A stretch of 63,833 bases of DNA, filler included, from Pelomyxa schiedti (lineage: Eukaryota > Protista > Evosea): NCBI GenBank assembly GCA_020536535.1. It is 9 parts of 9 records of this genome, joined end to end, with 100 filler letters (N's around TTAATTAATTAA, not from the genome) between each part and the next. Parts side by side here need not be neighbours in the genome. Positions count along the whole stretch, not along the records: positions 36,708 to 59,883 come from JAHLWZ010000259.1; 8 more parts are not named here. One strand, 5' to 3'. Numbering within the stretch: the first letter of the stretch is position 1; every line of letters begins with the position of its first letter. Shown here in pieces: positions 36,723-47,693 of the stretch. The position numbers were made by a program, and so were the translations under genes. Below the pieces are notes generated by a model. That model was given only the letters and a program-made list of their open reading frames with translations. It made no database searches and was not told the origin of the DNA.

Positions 36723-39166
36723 ATGAAGGAGGATACAGCTACGGGTTGGTTGTGTTATGTCTTACTTTTGTTAACCCCCTCGGAGGTGGTGGAGGAAATG
36801 AATACAACCCAAATATACCAGAGCACTACCTGTATTTTTTTTTTTCCCCTCCCCTTTGCACTTGGCTCTTTTACACTCCTTTTAGGTATGGCTACCGCGA
36901 ACCGCTGCAGAGACTCATGTTTGATGGAAAGAAAATGAAGAGAACTGTGACCAGAAAGACGGTGGACTACAATACTCCTCTAATCCAACACACCTTGGTA
37001 CAGTCTCGTTGCTTTCTCTAAGAGTTGGGTTGCTCGTTAACTGTTGTGATAGCTCAGGCAGTACTTGAGAACGGAGAGGGATTTTCCAGTTATTCAACCT
37101 CATTACTCTTGGATGCGAGATGTAAGACAGTTTGAATTTCTTTATTTGTGTAATATCTCGATAGGTTCTGCCTCCATCGGCATTGGAAAATGTTCCCTCA
37201 ACAAGCATTTCAACACGCTTTGTCCATACAAGTATAAATAAAGTCAGATGTCCTATCAACTGTCTAGCTGTATGTCATTCAGTTGTTTACCCACCCCCCC
37301 CTTTTAACCCTCTCTGTAGTGGACCCCTGAAGGGAGACGGCTCATAACAGGAGCTGCAAGCGGCGAGCTCACATTGTGGAATGGCTTTACTTTTAATTTT
37401 GAATCGATTCAGCAGGTAAAAACGTGGTCATTTTTAATAACAGTCAAACTTTGCTCAAGCAGTTCACGATGTGACTACGAACGTCACTTAGCAAGCACGC
37501 TAATCTCATCCATTCACTAGGCACATGAAGATGCCGTTCGAAGCATGATATGGACACACAATGACAATTGGCTAATATCTGCAGGTACTCACCAGAAACG
37601 CATTCGCTTTGAAATAAATGAATAACGTTTAGATAACCGCGGTGTAATAAAATATTGGCAAGCAAGCATGACCAATGTCAAAGCTTTCCCGGCACATAAT
37701 GAATCAATTCGTGATTTGGGGTATATAGGCGTGCATACTTGTGAATCAAATAACAAAAAATTAGAATATCTATTACTGACAACAAATTTGCATCATGTTC
37801 AGATGACAAACTGATAAAAATCTGGGACTTTGTGCGCTGTGAGGCAGAGTCTACACTTGAGGGTAACTCATATTTCGCCTGCTTGTTTAAACGAACGAAT
37901 GTAGGCCATGGATGGGATGTGAAGTCAATTTCTTGGCATCCATTCAATTCACTTCTGTTGAGCGGTGGTAAAGATCAGCACGTAAAATTATGGGATACAA
38001 GAACAGCTAAAGAGCTTCAGTCACTGTACACCTCCATTTCTGAAATCTTAAGCCTAACCAATTCAGACAAGCACATACAAATACAGTCCACCGTGTGAGA
38101 TGGAATAGGAATGGCAACTGGTTTATCACTGGGTCCCGTGACCACCTCATCAAACTGTTTGACTTGAGGTAATACCTTCTCAGATGACTCTCTTAACCCT
38201 ATTGACAATTAGAACTCTGAAAGAACTTACAGTTTATCGTGGCCATAAACGGGAGATTACCGCTCTTGCTTGGCATCCAGTTCATGAAGAAATGTATGCC
38301 AGTGCTGGTGCTGATGGGTCAATCCTTTTCTGGGTTGCTGGGTAAGCCTAAACATTGTGTTCACTTGATAACAACCAAATCCAGACATGAAGACCCGATT
38401 GCAGAAACTTTCAATGCACATGACAGCGGGGTGTGGGACTTGGCCTGGCACCCCCTTGGTCACATTCTTGCTTCGGGTTCCAATGATTATACAACCAAAT
38501 TTTGGTGTAGAAACCGGTATCCCAGTATTGGCCACGAAAACAAAGCAACTCTAACTTTGAATAGACCGGGAGACTCTTTGAAGGATAAACATAACCAGTC
38601 CAAAGGGTGGGAAATCGAACCCTCCTACGAAGGTTATTCTTTTTCTATCCATCAGTTCCACTAACCCCCAACTAGATCCCGAATTCTCCTACAAAGGCGA
38701 TCACCACAGCACGCAGTATGTTCCCCCTCCACCCGCCACAACTGCCGCATCCGTCGCCCCTCCGCCCGTAACACCAGCAGCGGCCTGGATCCCAGGCCAA
38801 GTAGCCCCCACCAACATCCCAGGCCTCACCGCACACCACCCACAAGGCCCCATAGCACCGCCTCCCACTAACATGCCTCCCCAACCACAACCGCAACCAC
38901 TACCCCAATCCATTCCTCCCCCACAACAGCAACAACCCTATGCCTTCCAGCCACCTGTATCACAGTACCCGCCACATCCTCCCCCACCCACATACTATCC
39001 ACCACCGCCACAGCCACAGCAGCCATTTGACCCCTACACCACAGGCTACCCCCCTATGCAATTCGGCCAGCCTCCAATGGGCCCTCCACCTTCATACAGA
39101 CCTCCTCCCATGTCACAATACCCACCACCTCAGCAAAGAAACTACCAACAATCAAACTGGGGCTAG
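36723..39166 (+). CDS. WDR33: Polyadenylation factor WDR33/Pfs2
   Basis: [86 protein letters not shown] and a Pro/Gln-rich tail. About 10 introns. Confidence 0.93.
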
Positions 39167-39353
39167 GGCTACTTGAGAAATAACAACACAACAATATGTT
39201 TGTTCTCCAATGCATAGGAAATAAATGTGTCAATACTTTTTGACTTTTTGATTCAGTCATTTATTGTTTATATTCCAACTAGTTGTTGCTACAATCGTTG
39301 AAGGTGATTCAACCAACTATCAAAACACACAAAGTTATTTTTGTGTTTGATTG

Positions 39354-40742
39354 TTAATTTGTGCTTATTGGTGTGTATCCGCGGTGGTCCTTGTAGTACA
39401 TAACAAGCCCAATAATGCCCAGTAAAGCGACTAATGAGCCTACACCGATTAAAGCAGCTCCAATTCCAATCATTGCAACTTGCCAGGATTCATACCGGGG
39501 TTCATCTGAAGATGAGGACGAGGAGGAAGAGGAAGAAGAGGATAGGGATTCGGATATGGACTCAGAGTTTGATAGGGAGTGTGATGTGGATGTGGATGCG
39601 GAGGTGGAGATGGAAGTGGAAGTGGATTCGGAGCCAGAAAGAGATTTGGATGTAGACAGCGATACGGAACTTGAAACAGAAGTGGAGGTAGAGGTTGACA
39701 TTGAGTCGGAACTTGAAATAGAGTTTGAGGAGGATATTGAATTGGATATGGAATTAGACGTGGATATTGAGTTGGATGTGGAAGAGGAGCTTGATGGTGA
39801 AAAGGAGAAGGATCCTGAATGTGAAGAATCAGAGGACGAAACTGAGTTAGACAGTGACTTAGATTCAGACACAGATAAAGAGCTGGATGAAGACTCGGAG
39901 AGTGAGACAGATTCAGATTCCGATGAGGAAAGCGAAGTGGAAGTAGATTCCGAAGAAGAAGATAGGGAGTAGGACAGTGACTGAGATAAGGACGAAGAAG
40001 AAGTCGAAGTGGATGAAGAGACAGAGTCGGAAGAGGAAAAAGAATCGGAACTTGATACTGACAAAGAGGAAGATAGAGAGTCAGAGGTCATTAGTGACTG
40101 TGATGAAGAAGATAAAGAAGCAGAAGTGGACGAAGACAAACTGCCTGACACGGAATCGGAAATAGAGGTAGAATATGAACTAGATGAATCTGAAACTGAA
40201 ACAGAGTCCGACATTGACACAGACTCAGAAACAGACTCCGACATTGAACGTGAGGCAGACACCGAAGACGACGAAGATGAAAAGGAAAACGACGCGGACG
40301 TCGATTCCGAAGACGAAGACGAAGACGAAGACGAAGACGCAGAGGAAGACGTGGACAGGGACGCCGACGCTGAATCAGACGACGAAGACAGCGACGACTC
40401 GGACGAGGACGAGGACGAGTGCGACGAAGACGACGAGGACGGGGCGTCGTCCCCAAACCACCGCCCAAGCCCACGACCGGCTGCCTGTTGCTGTTGTTGT
40501 TGTTGATGGTGGTCGTGATCGACGAGGAGGGTGGTGCTGCAACATCCTCCCCCTCCTCCTCTTTCGGAGGCGGCACCCTCGGCAGCCGCAGCCGCCACCA
40601 TAATGACCACCATACAAAGAAGAGTCGCCGCCGGCCGGCGTACGGCGCACGCGTGTACGACACTCGCGGGGACTCCCGCGGGATGTCTCTGTCTCCTCGC
40701 TGCTGTGACCCACCGTCGCTGTGCCATCACACGCAACGACAC
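39354..40742 (-). CDS. Ser-rich mucin-like type I membrane protein
   Basis: Hydrophobic N-terminal segment, ~300-aa Ser-rich ectodomain, TM helix VAMIGIGAALIGVGSLVALLGIIGLVMYY and a short tail KDHRGYTPISTN. The start codon is uncertain. Confidence 0.8.
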   Translation of the reverse strand: MSLRVMAQRRWVTAARRQRHPAGVPASVVHACAVRRPAATLLCMVVIMVAAAAAEGAASERGGGGGCCSTTLLVDHDHHQQQQQQQAAGRGLGRWFGDDAPSSSSSSHSSSSSSESSLSSSSDSASASLSTSSSASSSSSSSSSSESTSASFSFSSSSSSVSASRSMSESVSESVSMSDSVSVSDSSSSYSTSISDSVSGSLSSSTSASLSSSSQSLMTSDSLSSSLSVSSSDSFSSSDSVSSSTSTSSSSLSQSLSYSLSSSSESTSTSLSSSESESVSLSESSSSSLSVSESKSLSNSVSSSDSSHSGSFSFSPSSSSSTSNSISTSNSISNSISSSNSISSSDSMSTSTSTSVSSSVSLSTSKSLSGSESTSTSISTSASTSTSHSLSNSESISESLSSSSSSSSSSSSDEPRYESWQVAMIGIGAALIGVGSLVALLGIIGLVMYYKDHRGYTPISTN

Positions 40743-41048
40743 CCACCCAAACGGCAGATTTTCGGTACGACGAAACGAGAGGCAGATCCAGTCGCGGGGG
40801 GCTTCCAGGAACCACTTGTTAGGAAGAGCTTAGTAAAATTGGAGAGTGCTCCCAATGAGTCTTGGTGGGGTGGTTGTGAGGAGTGAACATCAATGGAGTA
40901 TCGCTGAGAATCCTAATGAAGATTCAGTGAATCTCCTTCAAAAGAAAAAAGGTCTAAGGTGGTACGCACGTTGAAAAAAAAAAAGTTTCGTTATTTAAAA
41001 ACAACAGAAGAGCAATCCCAAACTGCCAATAGTAATAATAAACAAGAG

Positions 41049-41945
41049 ATGAACGACTCACACGTTGAGACATACAAAGTTGTGGTTGTTGGTGACGGAG
41101 GCGTAGGCAAAAGTGCCATTACCATTCAATTAACTCAGTGCGTGTTTTTTTTTTCCTCTCCCTCTAGTTCCTTACGAGTCTAACATATTTTTTTTTAGAG
41201 GTCACTTCATTACTGAGTGAGTTCGTAGTTTCTCTTTTTTTTTCCCGCTTGTACTCGGTAATTGACCTCGGTGTTAAGATATGATCCAACCATTGAGAAC
41301 TCCTACCGAAAACCGATGACAATCGATAACGACGTATGCGTTCTCGATATTTTGGATACTGCTGGGCAGGAGGAATACTCCGCCATGGTGTGCCCTTGTG
41401 ATAATATCGTCCTACGCATTCTAACATTTATTTCTTCAGAGGGATCAGTATTTCCGATCGGGGCATGGGTTCATTGTTGTATATAGCGTTGTGGATCGCC
41501 CCACATTTGAGAATATACAGAATTACAGAAGCCAAATCCTCAAGGTAGTCTCCATAACCCTGACCGAATAAAAAAAAACAAACCTGACAATTACAAAGGT
41601 GAAAGAGGAGCCCTCATACCCAATGGTCATGTGTGCCAACAAAGTGGATATCCCTGAGAGGGATGTCCAACAGAAAGAAGGACAAGACCTTGCCCGCACA
41701 TTCAACATTCCCTATCTCGAGGTATACTTGCATATCTTCCGTGATACCCATTACTAATTCTTTCACCCCAATAGACCTCCGCGAAACTGCGCCAGAACAT
41801 TGAGCCTACATTCATTGCCATTGTGCAGGAGATTAAGAAGCACAAACCCTCCACCGATAATGAAGTGGTCCGCATTCAAGGCAAAGGAGGCAAAGCCAAA
41901 CCCGCCAAAGGAAAGAAAGAAGGTGGTGGCTGCAACATCCTGTGA
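41049..41945 (+). CDS. ras: Ras-family small GTPase (paralog B)
   Basis: Same motifs and intron positions as 24211-25140. Ends GGCNIL. Confidence 0.95.
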
Positions 41946-42179
41946 GAGACCAAGCATTCCCATGCTTCAATTTTGATTATCAGCACACAGCAGTACCACT
42001 CAACACCAACAAACACAACAACCAAAAAAAGAGAATCGCTGTAATTACCGGTTTCATAATTCATCGAACTTCAAACACCGTTTCTATCGAACGAATTCTC
42101 CACCAAATGTCGATCTGCCCTGTTCAACAAAGAAACAGAATAAAAAATTAACCAAAAAAATCCACCGTAGCCCATTGAA

Positions 42180-44461
42180 ATGTCGTCGTCGACACCAGCA
42201 GCGGGTGTGTCAACGTCCCACCCAACTTGTATTCGTCGCTTCGCGTTTGAGAGGGCGTTAAACGTGAACGAACGCTTTTTTTTTTTTTTTTTCGTTCGAA
42301 CGGCTTTGGCAGCCAAATATTAAGTTGTATGGTGTCAATAGGGAATAAAACATTTCGAATTTGGATTTATTTATCTCTTTAGAAAACAGGGTGAATGGGC
42401 AGTACCACACTGGGGGACCAAGATCACTGCCCCCTGCTACTTCTGTTGTATCAGTCCCTTACACTCTTGACTATGATGGTATCACTTTTTTTTTTCCCAA
42501 CAACAGTATGGTGGTAATATACATTGCTACACAGCAATTTTGAGGAGAGATGCCGAGCGTGTGTGGGATAAACCTACAATTCTACAGTACATCAGAGACA
42601 ACACTGTTTTCACTTGGGGAGCATCTGGTCCTTACTTCGACAATGCAATTCACCTTAAGAGTGGAAAGGGTTAGCTCTTCTTCATATTTCCTTCAACTCA
42701 GATGCCTTTTGTTGGCAACAGGTATTTACTTGTTCGATCTCGACGGAAAGAAGTACATTGACTGGAATTCTGGTGCTATGTGCTGCACACTTGGTATGGA
42801 CAATGAAGAAATTGCCGCCGCCGTGGAGGTTCGTGTCTTTTTTTTTTTATGTATGTTGAACTTAATACTGAAATCAAGGAACAAATGAGGGAACTTCCTT
42901 ATGCCTATCCTTGCTCGTTTTCGTGCCCAGTCAAAGCTAAGCTATCTGCACTCATGGCCGATATGTGCCCTGGCGATTTGAAGCATTTCTTTTTCACAAC
43001 TGGTGGCGCTGGTACACTCATTGCTTTATTTTCTTTCCCTCAAATTTGACAGAATCCAATGAAAGTGCCATCAGAATGGCTCGACTTTACACTGGAAAGA
43101 AGAAGGTAGGTCCTCGATCTGTGACTCTTTCTTCTAAAACATCTCCAGATTCTTGCTCGGTACCGCTCATATCATGGTGCAACAACCACAGCGGCTTCCT
43201 TAACTGGAGACCCAAGAAGGCTTCCCGCAGAGCCTGCTGATCCAAATATTGTGCATTTAATGGACCCATTTGGCTACAACTTTGATGTTCGTTTCCAAAG
43301 CATTTAATGATTGATTTAATATTGACTAGTGGGGATGCTTGTCAGAAGAGGAATTAACTAACAAGAATCTTCAATACATCCAAGAAGTTGTAGAGTTTGA
43401 AGGTATGTGGGAAAAGTGACCCGTAGCATCAACTGAAACGCGTAAAGGAGCTGGAACTGTTGCGGCAATCTTCATCGAGACCATTACAGGAACAAATGGA
43501 GTCCTGATGTATGTCCCCACATTTATTCATTTACTCTTACAAACAAATAAAATAGGCCACCCAGGGGATACCTGAATGGCTTGAGGGCCATCTGCGACAA
43601 GTACAACATCCTCCTTATATGCGACGAAGTCATGTGCGGGTTTGGCCGAACAGGTTAATACCTGAATGCCACGCTTACGCAATGCTCATATTCACTTCAA
43701 AAAAGGGAAATTGTTTGGTTTCATGCACAGTGATCCAATGATCATTCCCGACTTAGTCACAATGGCCAAGGGTATCAATGGAGCCTTTATCCCACTTGGT
43801 TGTGTTGCAATGAGGACCAGGATTTCTGATTACTTCAAGACCAAGCCAATCAGTGTAGGTTCTACATACAATTCACACCCCATTGGTCTTGCTTCTGCCT
43901 ATGCAGCTCTAAAGTGGAGGTATTCTTTCTTTAAGTTCATACATCCCGTTTTCCTTACTCACATCGAAACAGTTTGAAGAATAGGCTCTATGACCACGTA
44001 AAGGAGATGGAACCTGTCATGATTGATTGCATGAATCAGCTTGCCAGAAAGCACCCGTGCTTCAAGGTATTTCTTTTGATTTGTTTTGGTTTTTCCCTCT
44101 TCACTTTTAAAAGTAACTTTAATAAATTAATTTAATGGTGGTAGATACACCGTAAACTGAAACGCGAAACTAACCAAACGAATCAATACAACAACAGCAA
44201 GGACGTGTAGTTGGCCTCTTTGGCATCTTTGAATTACAGCGCAACTCCAGGGGAGAATGGCTCACTGGGTTCAATGGAGGAGTTCACCCAGCTCTTGATA
44301 AGTTCAAGAAAGCCCTTATTGAAAATGGTCTGATCACGCTCATGCGCTGGTCAAGCGTGTTCTGCAACCCTCCTCTGGTAATCAACGAGGAGCAAATAAG
44401 GGCCTCATTTGCCATCATTGACAAGTGCCTCCCAATCATTGATGAGGTCTTTGAGCCCTAA
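42180..44461 (+). CDS. Class III PLP-dependent aminotransferase
   Basis: [25 protein letters not shown]|[60 protein letters not shown]. Many introns; the start is uncertain. Confidence 0.92.
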
Positions 44462-44626
44462 GTAAAAAAAAAAAAGAGCCTGTTCTATGCCTCCGAAAAA
44501 CTTTATTTAAAAAAACAGAAAATTCTCCCCCATGTGACGGAATGTGTTGGTGTCTTTGTACCTGGAGGGAGTGAGCGTTGCAGTAAACTCTTGTGGGAGG
44601 ATATACAAGGTTGTCAATGGATGTGG

Positions 44627-45892
44627 TCAGCTGTTTTCTTGTTCTATGAGTTTCTGGCAGATGGCGGTGAAAATTTGTCTGATATTCTGCCCTGTTTTTG
44701 CACTGCATTCCATGCAGATTACATTGTAGGCATCACAGAAGTCCTTCTGACAAGTGTGCATGGGAACCTGCCTGCTTACTTCCAAGTCAAGCTTGTTTGC
44801 AGCAACAGCAATCACCATGTTTGGGGGTCCCCTTTCACGCAGCTCCACAATCCACGATTTGGCCACTTGAACAGTTTCCTACAGAAGTATTATTCACCGA
44901 CTTTTGAGAGAAAGTGCGGAGTTAACCTGTCGAGTGATAGAATACACTGTTCAAGAAAGTCAATATAGAATGCAGGGCTATCATTTGGAAAAATACCTAC
45001 GAGGGCTGCTGCCGCTCCTGAAAGGAAAAGATATCGTTAGTAACAGGGTGTAACAATAAAGAGGGATACCTCTATAGTACATTGGGGTCAAGGACCGAAA
45101 TCTCTCTGCATAATACATTGTTAATGACTTTAAGGGATGATTTGCGATAATTTAAGTGTGTAATGCACCATGGCCTTTGGTATCCCAAAGCTATTGTGAA
45201 GAACATATGAATGCATATTACGAATGTGAATGTGGATACCTCCAGCTTTACTGCTTGGCCACCCAAAACAATGGTGTGTGTACTGAATGAAGTCCTAATT
45301 TGTCATTGAGTAATTTCACCCAAAATGGTTTTTCAAACTACATAACACCGGCTTCCGGATTATCGTTCCATTCGTCCCTGACCAGTCGATTTAATATTGC
45401 CGTCTTTCCTGCCTCCATGTCACCCAGGAGCACAACCTTGACCCCTTTGTCCAGAGGTCTCCTTGGAGTTTCTCCTAAACCCCCCATCAACGTTAAACGA
45501 TAAGGTTCCACCCGACCCACATCATCAATTAATGAATTGAATGCACTAGATATTCCTCCAGTCACTGTTATTATTTACATTTTTTAGTACAAACACAACG
45601 ACATAGGAAACACACCAGAAGATGACGCCGACGACGAGGACGAGGAGGAAGAGGAAGAGGAGGAAAGGGAAGTTGTTGGGGGGGAGCCCGAGCACCTGGT
45701 GTCGCGGGAGGCAGCCTCCATGCACCGCGAGTGGGTCTTCATGCCGCACGCGTCGCAGCGGTAGCCCTGCTTCCCGAACGGGTTCTTGACGAACCCCTGG
45801 CAGTACTCGCACCACGTCGGCGTGTTGAACCGCGCCACCTGGAACACGTGCCGCTTGCTGCTGCTACTACTGCTGACACCGATGGCCGCCAT
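44627..45892 (-). CDS. C1-Rab5-like GTPase fusion (paralog B; G3 motif WDTKGH)
   Basis: C1: HVFQVARFNTPTWCEYCQGFVKNPFGKQGYRCDACGMKTHSRC. Rab: GDMEAGKT, LWDTKGH|ERFRSLTPMYYR|GAAAA, ANKLD, ECSAKTG. Confidence 0.85.
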
Positions 45893-46077
45893 CACCCCCA
45901 CCACCAATTTGGGTTGTATTTTTTCAGGTTCTTCGTGAATCATGCAGTAGTCGGGCCAGGCGAAGATGTTGAAGGAGGAAGATTCCGACTAGTGTCAGAG
46001 CTGCACTGATGAGATTCGGTGTTCCCTTCCCAGCCTTTCCCGGAAGGTCGCACTTCCCGGAAATTAGGATTCTTTTG

Positions 46078-47250
46078 ATGGACGGCGTATGGGAGAAATT
46101 GAAACGAACAGTCGGTGTTGTGAAGGACGACAACTGCAGGACGAACAATGATGGGAGCGTAATGGTGTTGTGGAACACGGAACGTTGGCGAAGGGTGTGC
46201 GTCGCTGTCATTTTTGGCTGCACTACGACGAGGGTGGGACCTCGCTGGTGGCGCAGGGATCGCGGTTGTGATTGTGGGATCAGGGACCTGCCGTGGCCTG
46301 TGATCAAGTCAATTTGTTTGCTGATAAAACCGGCCTTCTTTGGTGTATGTGTGTTTCCTTTTTTTTTTTGAGTCTTGGTTTTTACACTTATTCGCTTTGA
46401 TGATGTACTAGAATGAACTCTTCACTGAATAAATTGGAAATTCAGTTTAGGAACAATGAAGCCTTTTGGTTGAGGGACCAAGGACTGACTGCCACTAGAA
46501 TATTGGAAAGGGATGATATGTATTGGTGGATTCTCTCGAGTAATAGCTTTTGTCTGCCTGAAGACTCTGGAGTGGACTTGTCACGCCTTGTAATCAACTT
46601 TAATGAGAGAGCAACGTGTGGGTGGGGAGTCACTGGTGACCTCCTCACAGTTGACTTCAACCCAAAACAAAACGCCCGATGGAAGAAAAATGCCACAACC
46701 AGGTGCGTCCCTCACACAGTTTTCTCTGACTACCACCAATTTAAATTGCGCTACCCTTACACACAGGTGCTACAAAAGAATGTTCACAACAGGTGGTCTT
46801 TTGGTTGGAATCCTGGGCTACACATCTGAAATCGATGTCAGAACTTTCAAATTCGGCGGTGATTTCTATTCGAGGCCTCCAGGCTGCGAATACTCCGTGA
46901 TACTCCATTGTTACAACGGAGCAGTTTCTTGGAGACACACTGATTACTTCGTTTTATTCACACCATCTCCCAGAAATTATCCTGGGGCAATGGAAGAAAT
47001 TGGAACTGAGTTCACAGTTGAAGTTGACTTGGGTGCTGGAACCCTTGAAACCTTTGCTGGTGATGGGTCACTTGCCCAGCCAGTGGCACTCCCAAGGTTT
47101 GTTTTTTTATTTTGCCCCTTTACTTAATAAAATCATTCTCCCAAAACAGGGTGTCAGCACAAGGTAAACATATTCATTGGTATCACGCATGTGCACTTTT
47201 CTACAGGAACTCCTCAGTGAAACTCATCCCAACACAATACGGCTGAGGAA
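46078..47250 (+). CDS. Hypothetical protein, possibly SPRY-like C-terminus
   Basis: ORF fragments include GTEFTVEVDLGAGTLE. There is a frame break near 46700-46800. Confidence 0.3.
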
Positions 47251-47534
47251 TACAAAAACAAAAGGGCGTGTTATTATGATTAAATTTCTAAAAACTGTCA
47301 CCATTCAAAGGAATATTTGAAGGAGACAGCACCACGCTTTGCGGGTGAAAACAGTTTATAAAACTGCCTTACGACTGCCCGTGATCTCCATGGGCTAATT
47401 GATTGAGTCTTCTTTCTCTTGTGCCCGTCGATTATTAAGGCCGTCGGGAAGAGCCGGTATTATGGGTGTGCTCTCCGCCCCTCGTGTCCTCTTCTCTGTG
47501 GAGATGAGATGAAGTTGTGTGAAGTTATGTGAAA

Positions 47535-47606
47535 TTTGATGTGGTGTAGTTGGCAACATCTCTGACTTTCACTCAGTGGCCCCGGGTTCGATTCCCGGCA
47601 TCGGAA
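47535..47606 (+). tRNA. trnE-TTC: tRNA-Glu(TTC)
   Basis: A box TGGTGTAGTTGG, anticodon arm CTGA-CTTTCAC-TCAG, T arm CCGGG-TTCGATT-CCCGG, acceptor TTTGATG/CATCGGA (two U.G pairs), followed by an oligo-T Pol III terminator. Confidence 0.88.
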
Positions 47607-47693
47607 TTTTTCTTTTTTTTTGTTAGTGCCCCTTCGCGCTCTCTGTGGTTTCTTAGGTTGCTCGTTTCCAGAAGTGTACATTATTATTTGAGA

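Noticed and set aside
38517-38564. U12-type introns (GTATCC starts here and at ~45070 and ~45238 on the minus strand)
   Set aside because: None matches the full GTATCCTT donor with a clear TCCTTAAC branch site, so ordinary GTAT donors explain them.
39415-40506. Plus-strand poly-Asp/Glu ORFs
   Set aside because: They are the antisense shadow of the Ser-rich membrane protein, which has a coherent TM helix and tail.
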